The notes beneath the pieces were generated by a model, which ran no database searches, had not been told where the DNA came from, and worked only from the letters and a program-made list of their open reading frames with translations. From a virus, in IMG/VR virus record IMGVR_UViG_3300027779_001743, positions 6,696 to 70,695 of that record: a DNA stretch of 64,000 nt; one strand, given 5' to 3'. Positions within the stretch are counted from its first letter, which is position 1. Each line of letters starts with the position of its first letter. Shown piece after piece: positions 49,212 through 59,704 of the stretch. A program made the position numbers and the translations under genes.

Positions 49212-50788
49212 TGGCAGAACCAATAAAAGATGTAATCAAACAAGAATACATAAAATGTGCAAAAAATCCTGCATATTTTATGAGAAAATATTGTATGATA
49301 CAACACCCGATACGGGGTAAGATACCATTTGATTTGTATGAATTCCAAGATAAAATTGTTACTGAGTTTTCAAAAGAACGATTTAATATCATTCTGAAAG
49401 CTCGTCAGTTAGGAATATCAACATTAACAGCTGGATATAGTTTGTGGATGATGACTTTCCAACAAGACAAAAATATCTTGGTAATTGCAACAAAACAAGA
49501 AGTAGCAAAGAATTTAGTAACAAAGGTTCGTGTGATGCATTCAAATCTACCGAGTTGGTTAAAGCAAAGGTGTGTGGAAGATAACAAATTGAATTTGAGA
49601 TATCGTAATGGTTCTCAAATCAAGGCAGTATCATCAGGACCTGAAGCCGCTCGTTCCGAAGCTCTATCATTATTGATATTGGACGAGGCAGCATTTATCG
49701 ATAAGATAGATGACATTTGGACAGCAGCACAATCTACCTTAACTACTGGTGGACAATGTATAGCACTTTCAACACCAAATGGTGTTGGTAATTGGTTTCA
49801 TAAACATTGGGTAGAGGCAGAAGAAGGTCGTGGTATGTTTAATCCAATCAAATTGCATTGGACCGTTCATCCAGATAGAGAACAAGAGTGGAGAGATGAA
49901 CAAGATGTTTTACTTGGACCAGGTAGTGCGGCACAAGAATGTGATTGTGACTTCTTAACATCAGGTACTGGTGTGATTGACGCAGTCTTATTAGAACGAT
50001 TGCGAGAACGAAGTGTTAAAGACCCAATAGAAAGGAGAGGAATTGATAGTAATTGTTGGGTTTGGGAACCTGCAAATTACTCAAAGAATTATATTGTATG
50101 TGCAGATGTCGGTCGTGGAGATAGTGCAGACTATTCTGCTTTCCACGTAATTGATATTGAAACCTTAGAACAGGTCGCAGAATACAAAGGTAGGTTAAGT
50201 ACCAAAGATTTTGGAAATATGTTGGTAAGTATAGCAACGGAATATAATGATGCGATACTTATAGTAGAGAACAATAATATTGGTTGGGCAACAATCCAAC
50301 AAATTATAGATAGGGATTATCCTAATTTATTTTATACAAGTAAAGACTTACAATATGTTGATGTTCAACACCAAATGAACAATAAAATCAACAGCCAAGA
50401 AAGAAAAATGGTTCCTGGATTTTCAACGACTTCCAAGAGTAGACCACTAATTATTAGTAAGTTAGAAGAATTTTTTAGAGAAGAAAGTGTAGTGGTTCAT
50501 AGTAATCGTTTGATTGATGAATTACAGACTTTCGTCTATATAAATAATAGAGCAGAAGCAATGCGAGGATACAATGATGACCTCGTTATGTCTTTTGCTA
50601 TTGGACTTTGGGTTCGTGATACAGCGTTACGACTAAAAACCGAAGGTATTGAGTTAACAAAAAAGACATTGACCAGAATGATGGACAATGATGGTTTATA
50701 CAATTCCAACGAGCCAAACAGAAATGATAGTTGGGAATGGGAAACAGGACAAAATAAAGAGAAAGAGTCATTAGAATGGCTCTTATAA
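49211..50788 (+). CDS. terL: terminase large subunit (T4 gp17-like)
   Basis: LYEFQ, Walker A ILKARQLGIST, Walker B LILDEAAF, LSTPNG, nuclease ADVGRG..DYS, ENNNIG, DDLVMS. Confidence 0.96.
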   Translation: MAEPIKDVIKQEYIKCAKNPAYFMRKYCMIQHPIRGKIPFDLYEFQDKIVTEFSKERFNIILKARQLGISTLTAGYSLWMMTFQQDKNILVIATKQEVAKNLVTKVRVMHSNLPSWLKQRCVEDNKLNLRYRNGSQIKAVSSGPEAARSEALSLLILDEAAFIDKIDDIWTAAQSTLTTGGQCIALSTPNGVGNWFHKHWVEAEEGRGMFNPIKLHWTVHPDREQEWRDEQDVLLGPGSAAQECDCDFLTSGTGVIDAVLLERLRERSVKDPIERRGIDSNCWVWEPANYSKNYIVCADVGRGDSADYSAFHVIDIETLEQVAEYKGRLSTKDFGNMLVSIATEYNDAILIVENNNIGWATIQQIIDRDYPNLFYTSKDLQYVDVQHQMNNKINSQERKMVPGFSTTSKSRPLIISKLEEFFREESVVVHSNRLIDELQTFVYINNRAEAMRGYNDDLVMSFAIGLWVRDTALRLKTEGIELTKKTLTRMMDNDGLYNSNEPNRNDSWEWETGQNKEKESLEWLL

Positions 50789-50800
50789 AGTGAGGAAAAA

Positions 50801-52660
50801 ATGGCAGACAAAACATTATTTGGAAGATTACAGCGATTATTTAGTACGAATGTAATTGTAAGAAACGTAGGTGGTAAGAAATTAAAAATTGCCGATACGG
50901 ACCAAGTTCAAAAGCAAGTTAAATCACATCTTGTAGATAGATATTCTAAATTACATACTAATTTAAATTTAGTTGGAACGGGATATTCAACCGTCCATCA
51001 AGTGATGGCAGCAAGATTAGCATTATTTAAAGATTATGAAGCAATGGATTCTGACCCAATCATATCAAGTGCATTGGATATATATTCCGATGAATCAACA
51101 ATGAAATCTGAATATGGAAAAGTTATTGATATTAAAACCGATAATGACAACATTAAAGATATTTTAAACAATTTATTTTATGACATTATGAATATTGAGT
51201 TCAATCTATGGCCTTGGGTTCGTAATATGGTAAAATATGGAGATTTCTTTTTATACTTAGACATTAGTGATAAATACGGAGTTACAAATGTTGTTCCGTT
51301 ATCACCATATGAATTAGTTCGTGCAGAGGGAGAAGACCCAGAGAATCCTTATTATACAAAGTTCTATATGGAATCAATTGAGGGAGCACACCCGTATTTT
51401 GGTCAAAAGTCAAATAAAGGGAAGATTGAATTTGAAAACTTCCAAATAGCACACTTCAGATTAGCAAACGATAGTAATTTCTTACCTTATGGTAAATCTA
51501 TGGTTGAATCTACGAGAAAGATTTGGAAACAATTAACTTTAATGGAAGACGCTATGTTAATTCACAGAATTATGAGAGCACCTTCAAAACGAGTATTCAA
51601 GATTGATATCGGAAACATCCCACCAGCAGAAGTTGACAATTATATGCAAAGAATCATCAACAAGATGAAAAAAACACCTATTATTGATGAAGCAACAGGT
51701 GATTATAATTTAAAATACAATATGCAGAATCTAACAGAAGACTTCTTTATGCCAGTTCGTGGTGGAGATAGTGGAACAAGTATAGAGGAATTGGGTGGTA
51801 TTGATTATGACTCAACAGAAGATATTGAATATTTGAAAAACAAATTATTAGCATCACTAAGAGTGCCAAAGGCATTTTTAGGTTTTGATGAAAATGTCGG
51901 TGGTAAAGCAACCTTAGCAGCAGAAGATGTTAGATTTGCAAGAACCATTGAAAGAATACAAAGAATTCTCGTATCAGAACTAACAAAAATCGCAGTTGTT
52001 CATTTATATTCACAAGGATATACAGATGAAGACTTGGTAAACTTTGAATTAACCTTAGCAAGCCCGTCAACAATGTATGAACAAGAAAAGATTGAACTAT
52101 GGGGACAGAAAGTTTCCTTAGCTCGTGATATGATACAAGATAAAATTTTACCTACTGATTGGGTTTACGATAATGTATTTAATTTTTCCGCAGATGAAAA
52201 AGTGGAAATTGAAGGTAAAATTATTGAAGACCAGAAACAGAAGTTCAGACACTCACAAATCGAAATGGAAGGTAATGACCCACAAGCATCAGGAGAATCA
52301 ATTGGAACACCAAGTGATATGGCAGCAGTTGGAATATCAGCAGATGATACTCAAACACCACCTGATACCTTAGCAGGCTCAATTTTTGACCCATTTGATG
52401 ACGGAGAAGATGAACGACCAGAGGACGAACAAGGTGGACGACCACAGGAAATGAATAAACCATTCAAAGATAGTGGAGCAAGAGGACGTGACCCATTAGG
52501 GAAACAAACCAAGAACAGAAGACCACTTGCATTGGCACATTACGACGCATTGAAAAAAACGATGGGTAATAAGTCAAAGGACATAATTAACGAAACGAAA
52601 AAAGTAGATGAAATGGAACAAGAATATGATAAATATAAAAAGGAAAATAGTGTAGATTAA
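50801..52660 (+). CDS. portal protein (T4 gp20-like)
   Basis: LMEDAMLIHRIMRAPSKRVFKIDIGN, EDFFMPVRGG, LRVPK, EDVRFARTIERIQ. Confidence 0.95.
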   Translation: MADKTLFGRLQRLFSTNVIVRNVGGKKLKIADTDQVQKQVKSHLVDRYSKLHTNLNLVGTGYSTVHQVMAARLALFKDYEAMDSDPIISSALDIYSDESTMKSEYGKVIDIKTDNDNIKDILNNLFYDIMNIEFNLWPWVRNMVKYGDFFLYLDISDKYGVTNVVPLSPYELVRAEGEDPENPYYTKFYMESIEGAHPYFGQKSNKGKIEFENFQIAHFRLANDSNFLPYGKSMVESTRKIWKQLTLMEDAMLIHRIMRAPSKRVFKIDIGNIPPAEVDNYMQRIINKMKKTPIIDEATGDYNLKYNMQNLTEDFFMPVRGGDSGTSIEELGGIDYDSTEDIEYLKNKLLASLRVPKAFLGFDENVGGKATLAAEDVRFARTIERIQRILVSELTKIAVVHLYSQGYTDEDLVNFELTLASPSTMYEQEKIELWGQKVSLARDMIQDKILPTDWVYDNVFNFSADEKVEIEGKIIEDQKQKFRHSQIEMEGNDPQASGESIGTPSDMAAVGISADDTQTPPDTLAGSIFDPFDDGEDERPEDEQGGRPQEMNKPFKDSGARGRDPLGKQTKNRRPLALAHYDALKKTMGNKSKDIINETKKVDEMEQEYDKYKKENSVD

Positions 52661-52723
52661 ATACACATTTCTTAAAAGTTTTATATTTATTATTGATAAA
52701 ACACAAAAATAGTTGGAGCTCAA

Positions 52724-53602
52724 ATGTCTTTAAATGTTAAACATAACAAGATAAAGAATACTGCTATTCTTTATGAATTACTATCTCGTCAAATAACAGC
52801 TGACGTGATAAATGATTCAAAAAGTCCTAAATCGGTGAAGATTTTCAAGGAATTCTTCAATAAAAATACCGAATTGGGTAAAGAATACGCACTTTATCAA
52901 GTTTTACTTGAAAAAAAATACAAAAACGATTCTCATGCCGCAACATTAGTTGAAGCAGTGATTAAAAGTCGTAGAAAATTGTCTAATCGTCGATTAAACA
53001 GTGAAAAATTTAATCTAATTAAAACCATAAAAGAAAGTTATGATATAAAGGAGTTCTTTAATACTCGTTTACCTAATTTTAAAATTATGGCTTCAATTTA
53101 TAAAGTTTTCGGAACAGAAACAGGTAAAGAAGACTTTGGTCCAGTTCAAAGAACAGATTCAGTCATTACTATAACTGAACATATCAGTCAGAATACTAAT
53201 AAAAAAACTAAATCAAATAAACTTGTTGAGGATTACGCTCAACAAGATAAAGATTTGAGATTATTGAGTTATCAGTTATTAGTTGACAAATTTAATACAA
53301 AATACAAATCTTTAAATGAAAGTCAAAGAAACTTATTGAAAGAATATATCAATAATGTATCTAATACTAATTCATTGAAAGAATTCATAGACAATGAAGT
53401 AATTAAAATTAAAAGAGCTTTAAAGAAATTATTACCAAATGTCAATGACAAGATTACAAAAATAAAATTAGCAGAAGCTATTGATTATACAGATAGCGCT
53501 ACTAAGGGAAAAGTCGTGAAAGATAAACACGTGGTTGCTTTAATGAGATATTATGAACTAATTAAGGAAATTAAAAGTGTCCAAAGCACAAAAAATAGCT
53601 AG
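52724..53602 (+). CDS. conserved head-module hypothetical protein
   Basis: 292-aa helical ORF between the portal and the protease; promoter-like motif at 52683. Confidence 0.7.
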   Translation: MSLNVKHNKIKNTAILYELLSRQITADVINDSKSPKSVKIFKEFFNKNTELGKEYALYQVLLEKKYKNDSHAATLVEAVIKSRRKLSNRRLNSEKFNLIKTIKESYDIKEFFNTRLPNFKIMASIYKVFGTETGKEDFGPVQRTDSVITITEHISQNTNKKTKSNKLVEDYAQQDKDLRLLSYQLLVDKFNTKYKSLNESQRNLLKEYINNVSNTNSLKEFIDNEVIKIKRALKKLLPNVNDKITKIKLAEAIDYTDSATKGKVVKDKHVVALMRYYELIKEIKSVQSTKNS

Positions 53603-54674
53603 ACTCAAAGAAATTATACGAGAGTTAATTAAAAAGAACCTTGCAGAAGTTTCCACAACAGCAACAGCTGGTATTGATGGAACAGGAACAGGACATTACG
53701 ATACACCAAAAGCATTTGCAAGTTCTGCAAGTGGTTCACAAGGTGGTCATCCTAATCCAGATGTTCTTGGATATACAAAAGTAAATGAAGATGTAATTAA
53801 CGAATTCGTTAGTGTGGATAACTTCAACAAAGACTTTAATACAGCTATGAACTTAGTTATGAAACAGGCCAAAAATTTAAAAGGCCCATTAGCAAAGCAC
53901 CCAATCAAAAGAAATATCAACAAGTTAACTGCAGTTCAAAAACTATTCAATAAATTTATAGCACCAGCTCTTGTAAAAAAAGATAGAAGTTTAGGAAAAG
54001 GTTTTGATTTAACCAGAATAAAAAAAGAATTATCGGATGGTAAGTTTAAATCAGTCGTTCAATATTTAATAATGCCTCAAATTGGTGGTCAAAGTTACGA
54101 TAGTAATTCATTTTTTATGTTAGATGATAAAGAGAAAAAATTATTAGATAGAATATGGAGTGAATTAAAAAAACTAACAAACATTATGGACGACGCACAA
54201 TTAGAATCAGTAAATGAAGTTACTGATAAAGAAGTCAACGCATTAAAAAAATTCATAAGAGATTTTGATAAAATGCAAAAACAATATTGGAATATTGCTA
54301 AAATGGGTGACCAAGAAATGAAAAACCCAAAATACAATAAACATTACGAAACTATTTTAGCAGCTCAAAAATCAATCGTTGACCTTACAAGAACAATGCA
54401 AGGTTTAAAATCTATGGGTGAGGGTTTAAACGAAGGTCGTTATCACAATTGGAGAAATGACGAATCAATGACACCGAAACAAAAAATTGGTATATCGGTT
54501 AGAGAAGTTCGTGACGCATTGACCGAATTAGACAAAAGAATTAAAATGAATTTACAATTAAAGACAGAATTAAATATGGACGGAAGTGCATATTGGAAAA
54601 ACACACACAAAGCATTAACTAAAATTTCAGAAAGATTAGTTAAATTAGCAGGTAAAGTAGGAAATTTAAAGTAA
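53577..54674 (+). CDS. modular putative internal head protein
   Basis: LKEIIRELIKKNLAE leader; internal VNE/INE/ESVNE/LNE sites separate the segments. Confidence 0.65.
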   Translation: MSKAQKIARLKEIIRELIKKNLAEVSTTATAGIDGTGTGHYDTPKAFASSASGSQGGHPNPDVLGYTKVNEDVINEFVSVDNFNKDFNTAMNLVMKQAKNLKGPLAKHPIKRNINKLTAVQKLFNKFIAPALVKKDRSLGKGFDLTRIKKELSDGKFKSVVQYLIMPQIGGQSYDSNSFFMLDDKEKKLLDRIWSELKKLTNIMDDAQLESVNEVTDKEVNALKKFIRDFDKMQKQYWNIAKMGDQEMKNPKYNKHYETILAAQKSIVDLTRTMQGLKSMGEGLNEGRYHNWRNDESMTPKQKIGISVREVRDALTELDKRIKMNLQLKTELNMDGSAYWKNTHKALTKISERLVKLAGKVGNLK

Positions 54675-56418
54675 TGAAACAAGTAATAGTAGATTATATA
54701 CCATTTAATATAACACCGCAACAGATTACTGAAGCGCTGAAAGAAAACAACGGAAAGTTAGTTGTTAAAGGTGTATTACAAAGAGCAGAAGCAAAAAATC
54801 AAAACGGAAGAGTATATCCAAGAGAAATCTTGATGAGAGAGTCAAAAAGATATGATGAAAATTTTGTAAAACAAAATAGAGCACTCGGAGAACTTGACCA
54901 TCCAGATTCATCAGTAGTGAATTTAACAAATGTATCTCACAACATTACTGAAATGCACTTTGAGGGTGATAATTTATTAGGTACGGTAGAAATACTTACA
55001 ACACCAAGTGGAAACATCTTAAAAGAATTATTTAAAAATGGTATTAAATTAGGTATCAGTTCAAGAGGATTGGGTAGTGTTGAACAAGTTAGAGAAGCAA
55101 ATGGTGATGATGTAACTAAAGTCGGAGATGACTTTGAGTTAATTGCATTTGATTTCGTATCAAATCCATCTACACACGGAGCATTTTTATATCCGATGAA
55201 TGAATCAGTAGATAAACAAGGTAGAACTTGTGGTCAGTATTGTAAAGCAGAAGATATCATCAATCATATTATTAGAGGTGAGTAATGCCAGCAGTTTCTA
55301 AGAAACAGCAAAAATTTATGGGTATTGTTAGAGCAATACAAACAGGTGACGCAGACTCAAAGAATTTTACACCGAGAGTACAAGCAGTAGCCAAAGATAT
55401 GAAAAAGAAAGATGTGAAAAAGTTCGCATCAACTAAACACAAGGGATTACCAATGAAAAAAGAGATGTTAGATAAGCTTAAAGAAATGGTTCGAGTAGAA
55501 TTAGAATCTTGTGGTTATACACATTCAGTTTCGGGTAAAAAACTTAAGTCATCTGGTGGAACTGGTCCAGAAGATAGGTATTTAAAAGAAATGTCAGACA
55601 AATCTAAAAAAATTATCAGTAAATTAGGTAAGAAAGAAAAAGAAATGTTTTCAACTATGGTTGATATGATGGGGTTTGACCAGGTAATGGCAGACTACAA
55701 AAAAGATAAGAAAGCATTTAAACAAGCATTAGCAGATATGAGTGAAAACATCAATGAAAAAAAGAAAATGTTTCCACCATTGAAAATGACACCAAAACAA
55801 GCAAAAGAATATAAAAAGTTTATAGGATATGCAAAAATGGGAGTAGAATATCAAATAGATATGTCTTTGTTTGAATCAGTAAATGAAAGTATTTTAACAA
55901 AGCAACTATCTAAAATGATTAATGAACCAGATAGTTCCATTGTCAAATTTATGAAAAAATCAGGATTGGATGAAGCATCTCTATTAGATTTTGTTGAAAA
56001 ACTTACAAGAAATAGTTCAAGTTTAAGAAAAAAACATATCCAAATTATGAAATCAGCAATTAAAGGTGATAAAAAATCAGAAAAATTTATAAATAAAACT
56101 CTATTTGGAGAATCAGTAAATGAAGCCCTTACAGGTGGAGATAGAAAAGTATTAATGGTAATCGGTAAAGAAATAAAAGATAATATCTTAAAGAAACATA
56201 CAGGTGTTAAAGGACAACAATTAATGAAAGTAATTTCAAGTGTATTTATGTCTATGAGATTTACACCAGATAATATAAATTATAAAAACTTTAAAAAATA
56301 CTTTCCAAAAAAATACAACGACAAGTTACTCAAAAGATTAGGTGATAAATTACAAGGTGAAAATGATTCAGTTAGACAAACATTTTTTAAGCAACTTGTT
56401 GGTGAATCAGTAAATGAA
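54204..56418 (+). repeat. dispersed identical 15-bp repeat GAATCAGTAAATGAA (ESVNE), 4 copies
   Basis: Exact in-frame copies at 54204, 55873, 56110 and 56404. Confidence 0.92.
54674..55285 (+). CDS. prohead maturation protease (T4 gp21-like)
   Basis: KNQNGRVYP, ALGELDHP, VSH, GISSRGLGS, DFVSNPSTHGA. Confidence 0.95.
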   Translation: MKQVIVDYIPFNITPQQITEALKENNGKLVVKGVLQRAEAKNQNGRVYPREILMRESKRYDENFVKQNRALGELDHPDSSVVNLTNVSHNITEMHFEGDNLLGTVEILTTPSGNILKELFKNGIKLGISSRGLGSVEQVREANGDDVTKVGDDFELIAFDFVSNPSTHGAFLYPMNESVDKQGRTCGQYCKAEDIINHIIRGE

Positions 56419-56718
56419 GCCAGATTAGACCCAAAACAATTACTACAACAATTAGGTGGTAATAAATTTGTCGCAATGACAGGAGCAAAAAATCTCGCAG
56501 TCGATAAGTCAAAAAATGAATTACATATGAAAATAGGTAGAAATTCAAAAAGTATATCACACGTTATCATTAGATTGACATCAGGAGATTTATACGATAT
56601 GGAATTTTTAAGTATTCGTGGGAGTTCAAGAAAAATTAAATCAAAAGAAAAAGGAGTTTATGCCGACCAATTAGGTAAAATGTTCAAAAAGAACACCGGT
56701 TTAGACGTAAGATTATAA
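55285..56718 (+). CDS. modular polyprotein-like putative internal head protein (DUF3008-like N-terminus)
   Basis: N-terminus MPAVSKKQQKFMGIV..FASTKHKGLP. Three ESVNE linkers and one ENINE separate short modules. Confidence 0.7.
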   Translation: MPAVSKKQQKFMGIVRAIQTGDADSKNFTPRVQAVAKDMKKKDVKKFASTKHKGLPMKKEMLDKLKEMVRVELESCGYTHSVSGKKLKSSGGTGPEDRYLKEMSDKSKKIISKLGKKEKEMFSTMVDMMGFDQVMADYKKDKKAFKQALADMSENINEKKKMFPPLKMTPKQAKEYKKFIGYAKMGVEYQIDMSLFESVNESILTKQLSKMINEPDSSIVKFMKKSGLDEASLLDFVEKLTRNSSSLRKKHIQIMKSAIKGDKKSEKFINKTLFGESVNEALTGGDRKVLMVIGKEIKDNILKKHTGVKGQQLMKVISSVFMSMRFTPDNINYKNFKKYFPKKYNDKLLKRLGDKLQGENDSVRQTFFKQLVGESVNEARLDPKQLLQQLGGNKFVAMTGAKNLAVDKSKNELHMKIGRNSKSISHVIIRLTSGDLYDMEFLSIRGSSRKIKSKEKGVYADQLGKMFKKNTGLDVRL

Positions 56719-56726
56719 GGAATACA

Positions 56727-57152
56727 ATGGATAAAAAACAAATAATGAAAATGAGTGATACTTGGAAAGACTTCCGTTTAACAGAAGCAAAACTATTTCA
56801 AGATGGAGCACAACACGGATTTGATTTGACAGACTTTAAACCAGGTGGATTTAAAAAGTTTTTAAAAGCATTAAACATTCCAATGATAGCAAAAGGTTCA
56901 TCATCAGGTGCAAGTTGGTCCGGTGGAAAGAATTTCTTTTGGAGAAACAAAGATGTCATTATTATAACTGCAAACAATCCAATTACAGGTCAATATAATG
57001 CACCCGATAGAAGAAGTCCAGAAAAGAATTACGCATCATACGTGGGAATTGAAACAAAAGACCCAAAAGATATGGACAAAGTAGTTAAATTATTTAAACA
57101 AAATACATCTTATCGTAAAGGTGAATCAAAAGGTAGAAGGGACTTTGTATAA
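56727..57152 (+). CDS. hypothetical protein
   Basis: 141 aa, AAGGA SD, LTE|A site near the N-terminus. Confidence 0.65.
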   Translation: MDKKQIMKMSDTWKDFRLTEAKLFQDGAQHGFDLTDFKPGGFKKFLKALNIPMIAKGSSSGASWSGGKNFFWRNKDVIIITANNPITGQYNAPDRRSPEKNYASYVGIETKDPKDMDKVVKLFKQNTSYRKGESKGRRDFV

Positions 57153-58231
57153 TGAGCTTAAAAGAATTATCAAATATTAAAACACGATACGGAAATATCG
57201 GAGTAGACAGGAAATTAACCGTAGAGTCATTCAAAGCAGGTAAACTTCGTGCATTGACAAATGATTTTAGAGGAATAGACTCTAACTTTTGGTCATACGG
57301 AGCAAAACTTGGAATCGAATGGGATAAAATTACAGACGCTGAAATTGAAACAAATGCAAAACCAACCAAAAAAGGTATAGAGATTGCATACGTTGATAAA
57401 GATTCTAAATTCCCAGCAAAAGGAAAAACAGATTTCTATGGTGGATATGATGTCGGAATTGACAAATTTACAACCATTAGTGTATTGAAAGACGGAAAAC
57501 CACTTTGGTATACAAAAAGTTGGAAACAATTAACAAATGTAATGACCGCAACAGGTAAAACCGCAAAAAATAGATATAGTGGTACTAGAAGTACCGTTCC
57601 AGATATAGACGCAGGTTCAAGAAGTTATTCAAGAAATAAACAATTCGGTATGAATATGATTGGATATCAATCATTATCAGGTATGATGTCAATACCAGGT
57701 ATTAAATTTCATCAAATCAAACTAAGTGAAGATATGCCTTATATGGGCGCAGGTATCAAACGACAAATGAGACAAGCAGCTCAATTCGGAGCAGCAAGGT
57801 TCACAACTAATGATGAATTTGCAAGAATTAATAAACAATACTTTGATGACTTACTAAGACAAAGACTTAACGACCCTAAAAAATTAGGAGTTAAAGTAAA
57901 ACAGGCAGCTAAATTATGTCAAGACTTAATTGACGGAGCAATCGGTGGTAAAGCACCAACAGGTAAAATCAAGAAAATGATTGGAATGTCAGTTGGAAAA
58001 TCATCAAGTCCAGAAGGAGACGCATATCGTTTCATATCAGGTGTGGGTGGTAAATTAGCTCGTTTATATGATTATTATGGATATTATTTAAAAGCACTTG
58101 AAAAGAAAAAAGAAGACGAAAAGAAATACGGAAAAGATGGTGGTGGTTTCAGTCAAGGTGACGCTGAAGGATACGCAAAAGACGTTCAACAATATTATAA
58201 TTATATAATGCAAGGAAAGTTTGGATACTAA
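57152..58231 (+). CDS. hypothetical protein
   Basis: 359 aa; the MSLKELSNIKTRY leader is shared with the next gene. Confidence 0.7.
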   Translation: MSLKELSNIKTRYGNIGVDRKLTVESFKAGKLRALTNDFRGIDSNFWSYGAKLGIEWDKITDAEIETNAKPTKKGIEIAYVDKDSKFPAKGKTDFYGGYDVGIDKFTTISVLKDGKPLWYTKSWKQLTNVMTATGKTAKNRYSGTRSTVPDIDAGSRSYSRNKQFGMNMIGYQSLSGMMSIPGIKFHQIKLSEDMPYMGAGIKRQMRQAAQFGAARFTTNDEFARINKQYFDDLLRQRLNDPKKLGVKVKQAAKLCQDLIDGAIGGKAPTGKIKKMIGMSVGKSSSPEGDAYRFISGVGGKLARLYDYYGYYLKALEKKKEDEKKYGKDGGGFSQGDAEGYAKDVQQYYNYIMQGKFGY

Positions 58232-58545
58232 TGGATAATTTAAAAGACCTATCAAAAATAACTACACGATATACTAATCGTGTTGAAGACTTAAATGAGA
58301 AAATTGTCTCATCGTCAGACAAAGATGTTAAAAAAGTAGCATCACTACTTGGTAAATCAGCAAACGATGTTCAAAAGTTTGTCAACAAGTATAAAGACCT
58401 TGACGCAGATGATTTATTAGATTTATTAGATACAGCAAGAGCTGAACCACACCATATAAGAAGATATTCACTTATGGTTATGGCTGCTATAAATGGTAAT
58501 CGTAGAGCATTAAAAGAATTAGATAAGCTATTTGGATTTTTATAA
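58231..58545 (+). CDS. hypothetical protein, homologous to an internal module of 55285-56718
   Basis: MDNLKDLSKITTRY..LNE leader, then VQKF..LD..LLD..AINGN..KLFG. Confidence 0.7.
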   Translation: MDNLKDLSKITTRYTNRVEDLNEKIVSSSDKDVKKVASLLGKSANDVQKFVNKYKDLDADDLLDLLDTARAEPHHIRRYSLMVMAAINGNRRALKELDKLFGFL

Positions 58546-58546
58546 A

Positions 58547-58702
58547 GTGATTAAACTAAAAACACTAGTAAAAAAAGATAGGGGATTAGGAGATACGGTT
58601 TCTCGTGTAATCAAGACAGCTACATTCGGTAAAGTTACTGAGTGTAATGGTTGTACATTGAGAAAAAACTATTTAAATAAAGTAGTTCCTTATAAGAAAT
58701 AA
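58547..58702 (+). CDS. small protein (51 aa) missed by the ORF track
   Basis: GTG start; MIKLKTLVKKDRGLGDTVSRVIKTATFGKVTECNGCTLRKNYLNKVVPYKK exactly fills the gap. Confidence 0.65.
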   Translation: MIKLKTLVKKDRGLGDTVSRVIKTATFGKVTECNGCTLRKNYLNKVVPYKK

Positions 58703-58703
58703 A

Positions 58704-59030
58704 ATGATTAAACTGAAAGACATATTGAACGAAAAAAACGAAGCAGTAAACATTAGGGGTAATGTTAAATGGTCTAATCCAGAAGCACAACAATTTTCAC
58801 AAGATGCGGTAAACAAAGCAGCTAAAGAAATAGGAAAAGCTCAACAACGAGCAGTAAGTATTTTTACATCAGACTTAAAAAATAACAAATATGACAATCT
58901 GGATTTATCAAAAGCAATCAGTACAGGTAGTATAAAAGATGCGAGCTACTCAAAACGAGAAGTTCTTTCAAGACTATTCTACGATATACGAGATAGATTT
59001 AAAGCATATTCAAGACGAAAAAAGAATTAA
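58704..59030 (+). CDS. hypothetical protein with KLKDILxE leader
   Basis: N-terminus MIKLKDILNEKNEA. Confidence 0.7.
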   Translation: MIKLKDILNEKNEAVNIRGNVKWSNPEAQQFSQDAVNKAAKEIGKAQQRAVSIFTSDLKNNKYDNLDLSKAISTGSIKDASYSKREVLSRLFYDIRDRFKAYSRRKKN

Positions 59031-59059
59031 CTTATATTTATATACAAGGAGAACATAAA

Positions 59060-59704
59060 ATGGCAAAGTTAAAAGATTTAGTAAAAGAGAATTTCTCAGC
59101 AGTTGGGGGACTAGTTAGTGTTCCTGCAATTAATGCAGGATATGGTTCTTTATCACAAATCGTTAAAGAAAAATATGGAGAATCATCTGAAACTCAGAAA
59201 GTTTCTTCAAAACAGGTTAAAGAAGCTTTACAAAACTATAATAAGTTAGGTGAAACTCTTTATCAACAACAATCACTAAAAGAAACTGCAAAGTCTCTAT
59301 CACAAGTAGCAGAAATGGCAGCATCACACACACTTCAAGAAACAGAAGATTGGTTCGACAAAGTTACGGTAAGTCGTAATATGAAAGAATTAACAAATCA
59401 CTCAAAAGCATTTTCAAAAATATCTGAAGAAGCATCATCAGTTCAGCAAAGATTAGCAGGATTGTATGAAGATATGGGTATGATTTTAAATCGTTACTAT
59501 GATATTCCAGAAGGCGCTGAACAAGTAAACAAAGATGAAGAAGGTAAAGATAGTCTTGAAGAAGGCGATTACGAAGTATTCTTTCAAGCATCAATGAAAA
59601 AATTCGGCATTTCTTCACCAGATGAATTAGATGACGAGAAGAAAAAAGAGTTTTTCAACTATGTTGATAAAAACTATAAAGCAAAATCAGAAGGTAAAAA
59701 ATAA
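59060..59704 (+). CDS. hypothetical head-module protein with KLKDLVxE leader
   Basis: MAKLKDLVKE; promoter-like motif at 59034 and AAGGAG SD; C-terminal module KKFGISSPDELDDEKKKEFF. Confidence 0.7.
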   Translation: MAKLKDLVKENFSAVGGLVSVPAINAGYGSLSQIVKEKYGESSETQKVSSKQVKEALQNYNKLGETLYQQQSLKETAKSLSQVAEMAASHTLQETEDWFDKVTVSRNMKELTNHSKAFSKISEEASSVQQRLAGLYEDMGMILNRYYDIPEGAEQVNKDEEGKDSLEEGDYEVFFQASMKKFGISSPDELDDEKKKEFFNYVDKNYKAKSEGKK

